Below are positions 24,040 to 48,230 of a stretch of 64,000 nt of DNA, in pieces. Below the pieces are notes generated by a model. The model was not told where the DNA came from. It did not search any database and saw nothing but the letters and a program-made list of their open reading frames with translations. The translations under genes and the position numbers were made by a program. The DNA lies in the NCBI GenBank assembly GCA_965235115.1, contig OZ249436.1:62186001-62250000 (forward strand), given 5' to 3'. Positions within the stretch are counted from its first letter, which is position 1, and every line of letters begins with the position of its first letter. The DNA is from Laetmonice hystrix. Its lineage: Eukaryota.

Positions 24040-26746
24040 ATGGATGGCAGTGGGGGGCGGACAGCTGTGATGGGCAGCAGTGGGTTCCGTCGGCCGACGG
24101 TCAGGGGTGTGTGTCAGGACGGAACCGTACACTCGGAGATGACAGGCGCTGCCGCCGCTGGGGTCAGTGGAAAGGCCCAGGTCCAAAACGTCAAGTCGGC
24201 GAGAGTCTACGTGTTTGGTGAAGCCGATGTCACTGATGACGAAGTGGGGAACTCATTGCCAGGTTCCAGCCATGAGATGTCTGAATTGCGGGCCCGTGGA
24301 AAGAACCGTAGACAGTATGATAGTGTCGACCAGCAGTGGCCAGCTGAGACTGAAAGAGAAGATAATTATTTTGAAAAAAGTGTGTCTGAGGGTGAAACGT
24401 TACAGAAATTGGCACTGAAGTATGGTTGCCAGGTCAGTATTCATTATAATGTTTTTGGAGGTTATAAAAAAATTAATCTTAACATTAAACAAGCAAAAAT
24501 TTACACACAAAAACATGTAGGCCTACACTAGGAGTCGAACATCCATAATTATAGTGCTGGGACGATTCATTACAATCGTGAATCGCAATATTTTCACGGA
24601 ACGATACGATTTACGGTTCAAAAGCTGTGAATACAATATGTATCGATATGTTAATATTCTTTATTTGTTATCAAAAAGGCATTAAAACATAATAAAAAGT
24701 GATCTTAACAAAAGCGTGGCCCGTGGTGTCATACTGACATTGCGGCCATGTTCTCTATGTATTGCACTCCCTCCAGGGCAAACATCAAAGAGAAAGACAG
24801 TGATATATGGCATGCTTATTGTTTAATACATGCACTATTGATCAGTAATCAGTTTTACTGGAATTTAGATACGTATCGTGATGCAAATCGTATCGTGGGG
24901 CAAATATCAAGATACGTACCGGTATCGAATCATGAACAGAGTGTATCGCCCAGCCCTATCCTTTTATAAGGCGGATTATACTATACTATAGGGAGAGTCT
25001 TACTAACCTAGGTTGCATCCCCATCAAAGTTGCCAAATCGGGGATATAGACAGCTCTAGGTGTTTACTAAAAAATCGCTCCGTGGCGATGTTGCCAAATC
25101 AGAGAAAACTAGGTGGCCGGCTGGGCACCAAGCTGTTTTTATATAAAGAATGTTACCCTTCTGTGATTTGTGCAAATCTGTTGAGATCTTAAAACGCATA
25201 ATATATAGTGGGGTGGGGTAAAACTCATTCCACTAGTAACATTTAAATAAGACTTCCAAAATGCATCAAATTACACCATTTAAACATGAAATTGTCAAAT
25301 GCGGGAGTGGGAAGTTCCACCCCAAAAGTTCAGGCTTTTTTTCCTTCACCTGGTCACACCCCGAGTCATTTACAGATCCATGTTTCATTTAGCACTATGA
25401 CTGTATTTTCTTTTACTTTGAATTGAGTGACATCAAGGTGGCCCATTACCTCCTCATAAAACTTCTTGCTTTCTAACAAAGTTTAACTTTGTGTAGATCT
25501 TCTGGGCTTCTTCATTTCTTTGATTCATCCAGGAAATCAAATTCAGGGAATCCAAGTTCTTTGCACTCTATGTAGCTTGGATCCACAGCTGCCATATTTT
25601 CAATGGGAAAAATGTTGCTGTCCCACATACCCCTTGTGAGGGCAACAGTACAGTACTAACAGAGGTGGAAATTAACGCTCGCCCGCCCGCTTGCTCCTGG
25701 CGAGTTAAACCTGTGTTGGACGACCTTGTCTGACCAGTCAGATCACCCTACAGGCGATTTGTCTACAATTAACGGGCGAGTGATTTTTTTCCTGTAATCA
25801 CCTGCCCCCATAATGGCAGTCATGATAACACTGTACCAGGTCCAGGTAGGCCTACCATAAATAATATGTATATTTGGCAGGTTGGCACTCAGAGACAGAG
25901 AACTTCATAATGCATAATTCCAGATATTCTAGTGAAGGCAGCACCTGGTACACTATAGATTACTCTTGTTTGAATGGCTGTACAGTGGTCCTGTGGAGGG
26001 CCAGTAACCCTTCACCTGAACTCGCCCTGCTGGCTAGTCCATTTACAACAGGGCTAGTTAGGTTTCTACTTAACTGGCCCTGCTGGCTTAACTAGTAGGC
26101 GATTTCCCCCAATTTCCCCCCCTGTACTAAGATTCTCATTGTTTTTTCCTTGAAGGTGTCTGAGTTGAAGCGTATCAACAATCTCATCCAAGACCAAGAT
26201 TTTCATGGATTGAAAGTTGTGAGGATCCCCTTGCGGCATCATGGCCTGCTCACTGAACTGATCCAGGAAGAGGAAGAGCAACTGGAGCGGGAAAAATGGG
26301 CAGTGCCAGGTGCTTCAGGTACTAGTGCTCATGCTTCTACCATCAACATGACTTATGATGCTAATGAGGAGGATGACGATTCCAACTCGGAAACGCAACA
26401 GCTGCTGGTTCGGACTTTGAGTATCCGAGATTCCCTTAGCCTAAGTCATCAAGGAAAGAAATCTATTGATTTTCTTAAAAAGATGGACAGTGATATCAAA
26501 TCAATAATTGAATCTACTAACAGTCGAAAGGACACACTAGAGGAGGTGCGCGACACACTAACGTGTAAACGCATCCATCCGCTCATCAAGCGAAAATCAA
26601 TACTGGATGGTGCAGACTGTGGCATGCGATGGTGGTCTGCTGTCCTCTTGATGCTGGCTCTGGGATTTATTGCCCCCCTTCTTTTCTTGCTGTACTATGA
26701 ATATGTAAAGACCAAAAGTTCCTTGAGGAATAATACACATGTATAG
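24040..26746 (+). CDS. LYSMD3: LysM domain + C-terminal TM protein, LYSMD3/4-like; exons 24040-24432 and 26156-26746, 327 aa
   Basis: The LysM motif is split by a phase-0 intron: SEGETLQKLALKYGCQ|VSELKRINNLIQDQDFHGLKVVRIP. C-terminal GADCGMRWWSAVLLMLALGFIAPLLFLLYY is as in LYSMD3/4. Canonical splice sites. Confidence 0.92.
24552..24958. mobile_element. hAT-like MITE in the LYSMD3 intron
   Basis: tagtgctgggacgat ... atcgcccagcccta termini with internal cgata/tatcg repeats. TSD not preserved. Confidence 0.6.
25660..26124 (+). mobile_element. CAG...CTG MITE with 6-bp TSD, family copy A
   Basis: TACTAA|cagaggtggaaatt ... aatttccccccctg|TACTAA. A homologous inverted copy is at 40644-41433. Confidence 0.85.
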
Positions 26747-28020
26747 TTCATGATTGTAAAGAAGGCTGCATACTTTCTCCCTGTGTCAGAAAAAAAACTT
26801 GTGATAATGGAAGACGTGTTACTTGTTTGACTGTGAATGTTTAGTCTTAAGTCAAAAAAAAAGGAAATTCCAGGTTGACGTAGTGATTGAGTGTTAAGGA
26901 TCGTACATGGAGTTTAATTGTCAGGTCGGAAGAATGATCACATTCTTGTTCTCATGTTGTACACGATACAAAGATCCAGTACAAATGGTTCCTTATAGTA
27001 TTTGGCATGACAACATAAAGATTCACTAGTTTGCCAATGTCTTCTGGGTGGATAACTGAATAGGTTTTGAGTATCTGGTAACATTATTTCAAGCAAGGTT
27101 TGAGTGAAATGACTAGCATTTATTTTAATGGAAAAATGGAGTTTATATCATATCAAAGTAAGAAATCTTAAAAATAGAATAACGGTAGGGTCTTCCTGAA
27201 TTGTATTGTAGTATCTTTCAAAACATTTGTACACTACATATTCCAGTGTCAAAAGAAATTACTCATGAGGTGGAGTTTTTTGTGAACATATATGTATATT
27301 CAACCATAATTGACGTAAATGCTCATCCAGTTGTAAATATATATTAACTGACAAATCTTGTGCATCTAGGTGAATGAATGAGTGAAATGATAAGACATGA
27401 TATATTGACAGGTGGCCGGTTGTCTCTGAGCGACACACCACACATGGTATCAAAGTGCCAGTTGGTCTCTTGGTCTGCACACTTGCCTGCAACGTGGCAT
27501 TCTACGCAATGGTGTTCCATTTTCAAAACCGACAAATTTAATTTGCATTTCATTGTGAAACATATTGGTTGTGAATATAATTTAGAAAATTACCCCAAGG
27601 ACCTCAGAAGATACAAAGTAAATTATGCATGTGAGTGCAACCCGGTCTGTAACTTGCACTCTCCGGACAGAGATCATTCCCTTCGTTCAATCTGTGCCAC
27701 ACATTGGGTACTGCCGTTTCAGTGACCCCTGACAATGATTTTTGCATGGTTACTTGAGAATTCTTAAAGAAACTCAGCTGTATTACTGAGATCAACAACT
27801 AAAATACAGAAGTGCCTGGGACTGTAAATTGTACATGTATCATTGTCTAAAATCATATACATTTGTATATCAACTCACACCCTTATATACAATGGGATTA
27901 CTTTTATTTTAAGGAACACTATATATGCACTTCATAGGTTGATAAGAATACTACGTGTATATCATTTGCACTGACAAACAAAGTATCAAAGTCTAAAGCT
28001 TATACCTTTATAAATAGAAA

Positions 28021-28230
28021 CAGGCCTGAAATTAAGGGAAATTTGCGTAACCCATTTTTCGTTCCCCTGTTTTTTATTTTAGGTAACTGACAGGCGAACG
28101 AAACGACCGTTCACCTGTTAATCTCAGACTTGCAAAATTTGCAGGTGAACGGATTTTCATTCTCGGACTTTTCATTTTAGGTGAACGATGTGCAAACGAA
28201 ACGATTGTTCGCGTCTCAAAATCAGGCCTG
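28021..28230 (+). mobile_element. caggcctga-terminated MITE, copy 1
   Basis: TAGAAA|caggcctga...tcaggcctg|TAGAAA. Direct, highly similar copy at 33944-34153. Confidence 0.85.
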
Positions 28231-28376
28231 TAGAAAGATACTAAAAAGAGTCTAAATGAAATAGATTTTTTAATGGAAAATTGTAGTTCTGATCTCGGGC
28301 ACTTGTCTCAAGGAAACATTGCTGCAAGGTATAGGCAAGAAACACACCTGATGCAGTACAGTACCTTTGATTTAGG

Positions 28377-28617
28377 CAGTGGTTATTCTGCCAGTGTATT
28401 GATGGGTTATGTGACTGCAATACTGGATTCTTATTGGATGATGTCTGACGGCAGAATAGCGGATTATCTAATTAGTGCCTAATTAACAACAATTTTGGGA
28501 CTAAACTAACACTAACCCTAGGCCTAACCTTAACCTTAACCCAAACATATTCTTTCGTGTCGGTAATAAGTCGAACTAATTTGTTTATTCTGCCGTCTGA
28601 CGGCAGAACAACCACTG
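28377..28617 (+). mobile_element. MITE with cagtggttattctgcc termini and (c)taacc(c/t) tracts
   Basis: TIR cagtggttattctgcc / ggcagaacaaccactg. Inverted homologous copy at ~62968-63160. Confidence 0.7.
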
Positions 28618-29723
28618 TGTTTTATTTAATTCATCGAAGGAAATCCCGTGGCACTGGTCTCAGTTGGTAATGTACGTACACATCTGTATTAATCTGTAAT
28701 GTTATGTGGTAAAACATGGTTGTCGTTATTTGTAGGCAGTTTTTATGACCACAGATTTCATATCCAAGAAAATAACAAAGAACGTACGTTCTTTGATAAT
28801 AGAGAGAATATGTCGATCCGGTTGTGGCAAACGGAAAACATAAGAGCAAATTCAGCAGCTTTCCAGGGAATGTTCCCTAGTCACAACATCTGCATCGTTC
28901 TTGAACTTTTATTTTTACCAATAATGTAGCTTGTCTCGGTTACGGTATTACTCAAATCCCCCCGTGATTTATTTGACAAGTTATACGGGGGTAAATCATT
29001 TTAACTTGGTAGCAGTTGCACTGCTGATCCATAAATCTGTATTCTTTGATGAAGCAATGTGTCATGAAGGATATGATCAGAAAGTAGCAGAATGAGCTGG
29101 AATGAAGACCAATCCATCCCTATTCATCCCCTAGAGAATTTTCTTATTCAGCCATACATTATATACAATATAATGAATAAATAAATGACTTATAGCTCGA
29201 TATAGCCTGTGTTTTTAATGTAGACTACAGTTAATCTTTGTTTCTTGTTCTTTTTGATGAAATCATTAAAGACTGATATTATGATGTACCTATTTGCAGA
29301 ATTCAGATAGATATTTACCTTGCATGTGTCCCAGGGTGGTCAATATCGCATCTCCTCCGAGTGACAGCATCTGGCACCGCCCAGTATACAAGTACATTGA
29401 GTGGCAAATGGACCCAACTGAAACAAAGGCCTAACCCCCCAGCCCACTGGTCCATCCAAGCAAGCTAAGGTAGACAGGGCGGCCAACAAGCCCCTGTCCC
29501 TTCGCCTGTTCACTACACGAGTCTAGCCCAGGGAAGCGATGGGTTGCGGCAGCCGCCGTAACCGTTCTCGTCGCCATTTCAATCCAAAACAAACCTAACG
29601 TACCTAAAACAAACCTATCATCAGTTCCTATGCTGTAGCATAGGAACTGACGTCTAAATAGTACATCGACCGTTAGGCGGGACCCTTATCGCACAATGCT
29701 GAAGGACGAGACCGTCGCCTTAA

Positions 29724-30185
29724 AGGGGCATATTATGAGGAAACGTGAAAAATCAGTATTTCAAAGAACCTTTGTTGTTTTCATAAAGAGATCCTTCATT
29801 AAAATTGCTTGGTAAACAAAGACAGACTTATCAGTTTCATTTTGCGTGAGAAATCGAAGTTTATGAAGCTCCCTTGCCCGACTCTGCCGATTTCGTAAAA
29901 TATTTTTTGGGTGGCATTCTGATGCAGAACGATCGAGTGCAACTGCTGAATTGTTTACAACTAAGCGAAGCACGTGACTAAGCACATGCAGAGAGTGCAC
30001 ACGCAGGATGTGACCCACTATGCAATTACACGGCGGAAGATGTGCTATCGGGAGAAATCTATAGGTTTGATCGTATAGAACAAGGACAAAATGCTGTGGT
30101 AGGATTATTTACTTGGATCCCTAGTACACGGTCATGTTGAATAATTGCCGGAAATCCTCCAAAACGTGTTCCATAGCATGCCCCT
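29724..30185 (-). mobile_element. Kolobok-like non-autonomous element, copy 2 (inverted)
   Basis: TTAA|aggggcatatt...gcatgcccct|TTAA; reverse complement of 12973-13481 with internal indels. Confidence 0.85.
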
Positions 30186-32694
30186 TTAAGACAAGGAGCG
30201 GTGAAAATTTTTCTGAATTTCATGGAAATCGTTGCTTATACGTCTCTACGATAGTGCCAATACTGGCAATAGTTTTATTGTGTCTAATCTATTTAGAAAC
30301 ATTCAATACTCTGTGGAAAAGCCACTTTTGTTGATTTTGATATAAAGACTGCATTTAAAGTCGAACTTGGTCAGTGCAAAAGCCTCCATTCATGCAGTTT
30401 GTTTTTTGAACTGTAACTGGAGGGGAGGGGAGTCTCACGGCGGCAGACGAAAGATGTACCGAATATATGATCAAAACGTTACGATTACTTAGAAAAAAAA
30501 GTGCGGCCATGTAAATCCTCATTCAGAGATGTTAGTATAACGTAAAACCATTTTTTTACACCAACATTGTTAGTATACAGGTCAGAGCCAAAGCTTCCTG
30601 TACCATTTTTAGCCCCCAACCCAAAGGGGCGGAGACTTCTAATGCCCGGTCCATGCCAAGCAATACGGTTTAGACTCAAAACTTTACAAGTTCTACGTTT
30701 TAGCTCATACAGGTCTCGTGTTATGCTAATGTCTCGTTCAATGTCATTCAACGCTTGATGGTGAAAAAGAAAACCAAAGGCAAGGAAGAACAGACCACTG
30801 GAGACTTATTGTAAACATATCATTTTGACATCCAATCTGAAGCCTGCCCTACCTAGGTAACCTTATGTTATGTTCTCAAGGTCATGGTTAAGGTCGCTAA
30901 AATCATATACATCGACATTCATTTGGTCTGTCCTTTACAGGTTGTCAGTTTTATAAATGGATACACTGCCTCCTGGCAGTTTAAGGGGTCAACCTTTATA
31001 AGCATAATATTAATACCCAAATCCGTAGATCCCCGACCACAGGCAAGTGGTCACTTTAATCCATCATTACATCATTAACCATCTATCAAATACTTGTCCA
31101 ACGTCTTGTTAGGAAATGTCGTAAATATTTCCACATAAGGACACATTTAATTTGTTTCCTTTGCAGTGATAGCAGAAGGCCAGGAAAAAATACGGCACCG
31201 TTTCTTTTTAAATCATACATTAATTTAATATCTTCAATAACAACAGACGATAAGGCCCTCAAAAGTTAGAGAGCCGGCCCCTTTGATATGGCTGTTTTCA
31301 AACTGTGGGTTCAAGAACTTGACTTCCGAGAGATGACTTTCCAGGTCTACAACTCTTTCAACAGAGCCGCATCCCAGCCTCTGACCAGCCACCTGAAGCA
31401 AAATGCCTCACTTGCTGGTACTTGCAGTGTGTCCAACAATTACTTTCACCTGTCAGTAAATGCTGATATAATGGTTTTTAAGGTATTTCTTCTGGCAAGT
31501 ATAATGGATGTTGTTAACTACAGGCTATGTGAAAGGATATAGTTTGAGCTATGAAAAAAATTGTGGAAAACGCATTACATCAAAACAGCACGTCTCCCAA
31601 GCCTTTACCACCCAATATTAATAAAACACATTATTTCCAAACTAAAAGTAAACTCGCACTAGGATAGGATGTGTAGTGACCTTTTCAGCAGCTCAGCCAA
31701 ATATTGATACTAAATAGTAACCTTACGTTTTGCACATTGTCATAGCACTGTCAACTTCAAGACATGCTCAGAAAATTACTTACCGGTATGTCATACTTTC
31801 CATATTAATCCTTAGCCTTCTAAACTTACCAAGAATATATCATTCAGTCTGCATAAAGAATGATAATTGCCTCCCATCCTTCATATTTCCATCCATGAGT
31901 TGCATATATTTATCTGGCTTGTTACCAAGGCAGCATATTTCTGTTACTTTTAACCCTTCACAAAGTCTATGTTCACAGACAACAGTCCCTGCACTTCAGT
32001 GAGAAACCTTTAGTCTTGTAGTGGCAGATATGCAGCCTTGGGAGGACAGAACACTCAGCCTTATGAAACTGAATACTGGGAAATACTAATCCTTTTAGAG
32101 TCACATAGGCTACTAGTAGTCAATATCTTGACATAAATCTACATCTGTCTGTCCCAACTGGCAGGGAGGAACTGTGCCACCACTTTGTTCATGATGTTTA
32201 CAAGGGCACAGTTTGACGGTGAGCCTGTGTTGTGTATTAGTGTACATGTGGGAGATTACCATACTGTCTCCATTTGTCCAACTTATGAAAATGTTAGCTC
32301 CACAATGCCTAGAGCTATTCATTAAGAAGCGCTGCTAACAGCACCTTCAAAATGAATGCAAATATTGCCACACTATCAAGGGGCTATGTGACAGTGTATC
32401 TGTGATTCGAACCGTAAAATATATATAATATATGAAAATTGCTACATTCAAATTATTCAGCCTTTCTCACAAGGACTTTGTGTGAGAAATAACGTTGTTA
32501 AAAACAGGCAAATCTTAGTTTTAATTCAATTTGCAGCGACATAGCAATAGATAATTGATATCCAATGGTACCACTTTGAGTCCCTCTCTTCTGCATCAAA
32601 CATCTTTGTAGATACAATTAATCCTTCAGTATAAACTTCCTGAATTGTGCTGGTTTGCTCTGTAGTTTCAGTTCCTTTAATTATGAAGCAAGCT

Positions 32695-43259
<10,565 letters not shown>

Positions 43260-43600
43260 TTCGTTGAGATGATGTCGTTTTATAACTGTGACTTCGATTC
43301 TTGAAGTTGACCCAAAACGCAACAGCGATGGTGCCGAGGCCTGGCGAGACGGCTGAATAAATGTCCCATACGCCTAGTCAGGGCTTTCAAACAGCGCGAA
43401 AAGGGTCCCGAAAGATTATTACGAAAAATACTTTCTATAATTTACAGGACAGTAACGTTGTGTACTCTGTCCGTCACCTTTGGTGAACACTGGAGACGAC
43501 GAAGATTCGTGTTTAGTCCATCGTGAGCAAGAACGATTTCAGCAACCCAAAAACAACAATACGTACGCATGCGCGATGACCTTGGCTCCAGATATGGGCA
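43260..43600. promoter_or_regulatory. CLPX promoter, probably shared with the PAH-domain gene
   Basis: CpG-rich region upstream of the CLPX ATG with NRF1-type cgcatgcgc at 43566-43574; the next gene runs divergently on plus. Confidence 0.55.
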
Positions 43601-46056
43601 CGTGGGGAGCATGGATTATGTGGTACATATTTCATATACTAATAATATACGCAAATCATCAGCTATTATTTTACGTAACATAATAAATAAGATTATTTGG
43701 ACTACAACAGACTTCTATACCAAATACTTGGACATAGTTTGAAAAGTATGCGTTTTAGGGATGATGCTTTGGGGATGATTAACCGGTCCCTGAATACCCT
43801 TTTCGTTGCGCCACCTTGTGTATTTTTCTAACACTACAGGAGGCTTAGTTTTTGCCCTTTTGACCTCAATTTTTGTGCAGTTAGATCACATTAGGACATC
43901 GTGATAATGATGGCTTTTCAAAGGTTGTGAAAGAGATGCTGTGACCATGGCAATGTTGACTAGATATTGTTCAAGATATTGTTGTGTAGTTTGAATAGAA
44001 TATAGGCATTCCAGTTTGGCAGTTTGAAGTTTCATGACGTATTTCCTACTATTACTAATTCTATGGCTGGCTAGGGCAGTAGGGGCAGGGCTAGGCAGCA
44101 GGCTGGGATGATGTATGACTATGACTATGAGGTTTTCTGCAGTGGTGATGCCCCCATCTCGGCCCATGGCCATGGTAACGTCCCATGAAATATTCAAATT
44201 GGAGTACGATATAGGGTTGGGGATGTAGGTTCGGTTTGAGAATACGTTTTGTGCCCTCCCCCCCAAGTATTTGGGGGGGGGGGGGGGGGAGCAGACTAGG
44301 TTGTGGTTAGGTTTGGGGGGGGGGGGGGGAAGGGGGTGCTTTGCCTTTGCCTTTGGCCCCGTTTGGGGAATTTTGTTTTTACCCCCAAACTAAGTAACTT
44401 AATTCATCAAGTTCTTGGACATGTTACCATCGACACCAGAGATTTACTCCTTAGTCTTAGTCTATTACTCTATTACATCATAGGCGGCGGAACCAGGGGG
44501 TGGGGGGTTGCAACCCTCCCAATGAAAAAAGTGGGTGGGTGGGTTTAATAGGCTTCATTCCGCCCTCCCCCCCCCAATAATTGTACTCACGCAGGTGACC
44601 CAGAGGGGTGTGGTGACACCCCGGCCCCCTTGAAAATGTAGAGCTCTAGTGTTTACGGCCTTCCCAAATGAAAAAGTTTGGGGACAGGCCTAGTCTGCGG
44701 CTTGATCACACATAAATTAGTAAAATTAGCTCAAAATAGGCTTATAGGGTTAGAGCCTGTTCACATCGAGTGGCCTTGATCTAGCCATATCCGATAGATG
44801 GTGATTGCGGCGTCCCTACCCCTTATTGTTGGTGAAAACAGGTTATTTTCAGCTAACTCTAAGACCTTGGATTTTGTTCCCAGATGCCAGGAAAACGCGG
44901 ATTTGGCACTTTGGCAGTCTCCTGACTGGAGGGGGGGGGGGGGGTGCCCGGTTACACCACTGATAGACATAGATCTGCAGGGATATAATGCTATACTGAG
45001 CTTAAGTTAAAGGGGCACCATCTTTCGACTGACTGAGTTTTTCTTATATGATAGGGTAAAGAGTTCCAAAATAAATATTCCTATCCTGAAAACAGCGTTG
45101 ATTGGCCTGTAGGCCTAATCAGGCCACAGCCCCCCCCCCCCCCCCCCCCCCAAAGTGTACCGAAATTCAGTAACATTGTAGAGGGCGTGTGGCCCCAAGT
45201 AATGCCGTTGGAATGTATGCCATTTCTTGGCCAAGACAACGGTTTTCACCCAAATATTTCTATGCTTTGCCCCCAAAAGATTTAAACACTGTTCGAAAGT
45301 GTGATTTTTCCAATTGTGCCCCTTCTCTTTTGCTGTATATGTATAACACTTTCAATGTTGACATATTAATATTGAATCAAAGATAAATGGAAAAGAAGAT
45401 AATTATGATTATGCTTTGGCCTCTGGTGGACATCTTCAAAATCTGATTAAAGCTGTTTTTTAACATAGATATTTCATATTTTCATAGTAGGTACTCTATA
45501 CATGTAGTTATATTCTCTTCTCATTCACCTGGTATCGGGATCCTGAGGTGATCTGTGATATAAATGGAATTCTACAACTTTCTTTTTCTTTCTTTTTGAG
45601 ATTATTTTTGAAAGCCATATATTTTTATTTACTGGAGGAGCTAAATGGCATGAAATTTCAATATCCAGTAGGCCTACATAACCAGGCATGTGACTCTTAA
45701 ACTTACAGAGTGCTAACAGAGGACTGATGAAGTTTACCACCAACATGACAGTCAAGAGAAGGGCCCTTATCGTGATTGGTTTGGAAAGGGTGTTTTGAAC
45801 ATTTTCACAACTGCTGATATGTCAGCTAGTTATCTAGAGATGGCATTACAACAACACCTTTGTGGCCTATTTTCAAATCGTAAGCATCCAGTGTGTTATA
45901 ATCTTAAAAAATGGCTTGACTAACTGATAAAATAAGGACTACCGTATTTTCCATGCAAGAAATTTCCATCATATTTAAATGCAGTTATTTTAATATGGTA
46001 AACTAATTCAGCTTGTTTGTTTTAATTATGAGACAGATTTTGTAGGTATAAAGAAG

Positions 46057-48230
46057 ATGGAATTGACTCCATTCATAGCTGTGATGCGTCTCATCAAGCT
46101 AGAGTATAGAAGCAAGAAGCCTGAACTATTTAGGATGCTGATATCTTTACTTCACGACTATAAACCTAGTTCGGGGACTGAACACTATCAAAAGGTATAC
46201 ATTTATGTGTCTTAAATTACTAACTTGGCATAGTATAATCATACATGAAAATAAGCAATTTAATTATTTTTGTTTTGTACATTTATTTGTACAATTATTT
46301 TATGATGCTGCTGCTAAAATACTAACTAGTATTAATATTTACAATAAAGGTACATTTCCCCTTATTTATCAATCTTTTACTCCAGACAGTGCAGTATATC
46401 AGCATCCTACTGGAGAAGCATCCAGAATTAGCAGACTACCTAGTGTCAGTTCTTCCTCCACCATGTGAAGTTGACGGCTCTCCCAGCTTGCAGCCCAGTG
46501 CCCACACACTGCATTCCTCTTCAATCAAACAGCAACATGCCTCTACCAAGCCAAAGTACAGTATGCTGATATCTCATAAAAACTGAAGAGAGTAGGCTAT
46601 TTCCCATATTTGAACAAATTTGCTGGAGGTCATGAACACCTGAAATGTTGGAAACCCTCATGGAATCTTCTCAGAATTCTGAAAAAGTTAGACAGATTAT
46701 AATGCTGCATGCAAAAAAAGAATGTAAGCATTAAGTTATCTTATTTTGTTCCTGCATTAATCTAATGTAACTACAGTACATTTTAAATGTATGTTCATCT
46801 GTGTACTGTGTTAATATTAGAATAGTTATTGGGAATATATAGAGTAAGAAAAATATCTGCTCTATTTTAGACAAGATGGCTTATCCTCCAGTGATTATTC
46901 CTCCGAACCTCCAGCCAAGAAGTTGCGCACAAAGGAAAGCAGCCCCAAATTCTACAATTACACTCTGCCATCACTCAGTGCCTATGTGGCATCCCAGGGG
47001 ATACCACAAAAGATAGTGACCAATGCAAAATCAAGCTTGGTCGGCCTTCAAACGTCTGTGGCAACACAGCCGTGGAATGTATTGGTGGAAACAAAAGGGT
47101 CCATACCCAGCTCATCTGCAATTAGCGTAGGCAAGTCTCCAGCGGTCCTTTCCACTGGGCTCTCAACTGCTTATTTAACTGCCACCAATCCAAGCATAAA
47201 AATAACCACATCAAAGACTCCACCGACTACTTCTAATCCAATTTCCATGTCTGATGCCAAACCACAAGCTGTTCGTACAATTAATGCGAAGGATTCTCTC
47301 GAAATACAAAAGAAATCATCAGGCACTGTTGGTGCACCAGCTAACATCACTAAACCGGTAAAATGGACCCTAACACTTGACCCTGGGGAAGAGAAAAAGA
47401 GGCAGTTTCTTGGAAACCAGAAGCTCCAAAAAGTAATAAAAGCTCTCCCGAATATGTCCTCAATGAGGTTCAACCATGGTGTTTCCACAAGTCTCACAAA
47501 GATATCAAAATCCCTCCACATCAAGCCACTGACAAGTATCTCCAAGACGCTCCCAATTCAGCCTATACGTTCCATTGTTAGCAATGCAAGAAATGCCAAC
47601 ACAGGCTCTGTGCATGAGAGGAGTGCCAACAGTTTTCCTTACAATCATCAAATTGTGGTCAATAGGTCAGTTCCCCAGCAGTGTGAAGAAATGATGACAT
47701 TTAGTAATCAGTCAGAAAAAGGTGCATGTGGATCACAGCCAAGTTCCTCCAAGGGCCAGCACCCTCTGCTCTACCTTCAGCACGTCATGCAGGACGCCCC
47801 TCAGGTCACTGGAACCACGGCATCCTCCCCAAGTGGCATCTACCCCACTATAGCGCGCAGTCTACAGTCTGGCAACCGCACAACGAAAATAAAGCTGCCA
47901 AGTCTTGTCGTTTGCAATCAACCTAAAGTGACCACCCCCAATGAAAGTTCTGGGCCTTGTGACGATACCTGCACCTTAGAACCCCTTGATTTGTCCACAC
48001 ATTCAAGGGTTAGGAAGTCCATGGAAAATACAGAAATAAATTCTGGGCCCCAACTACCTCGCCAGCGTCTTCCTTCCTCAAGGAAACAGCAAGGACAGGT
48101 CAACAAGAAACACGGAAATAATGTGAACACAGCCACTAAATCACGAATCTGCAGAGGTTTCACTAAGAAAGAAGAGGACACCTCAGATAGCGACTCTGAG
48201 TTGGATGTTGGCGCTCTGTGTACTATATAA
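46057..48230 (+). CDS. Uncharacterised protein with one PAH-like domain, NLS-like motif and PLDLS motif; exons 46057-46194, 46386-46555, 46871-48230 (555 aa from this ATG); an in-frame upstream exon 45720-45879 may extend it
   Basis: Spliced FIAVMRLIKLEYRSKKPELFRMLISLLHDYK...QK|TVQYISILLEKHPELADYLVSVLP fits the PAH pattern (..IK..Y...PE.F..L..Y....V..LL..HP.L....LP). PPAKKLR near 46908; PLDLS at 47982-47996. Phases are consistent (0, then 2). Confidence 0.75.
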
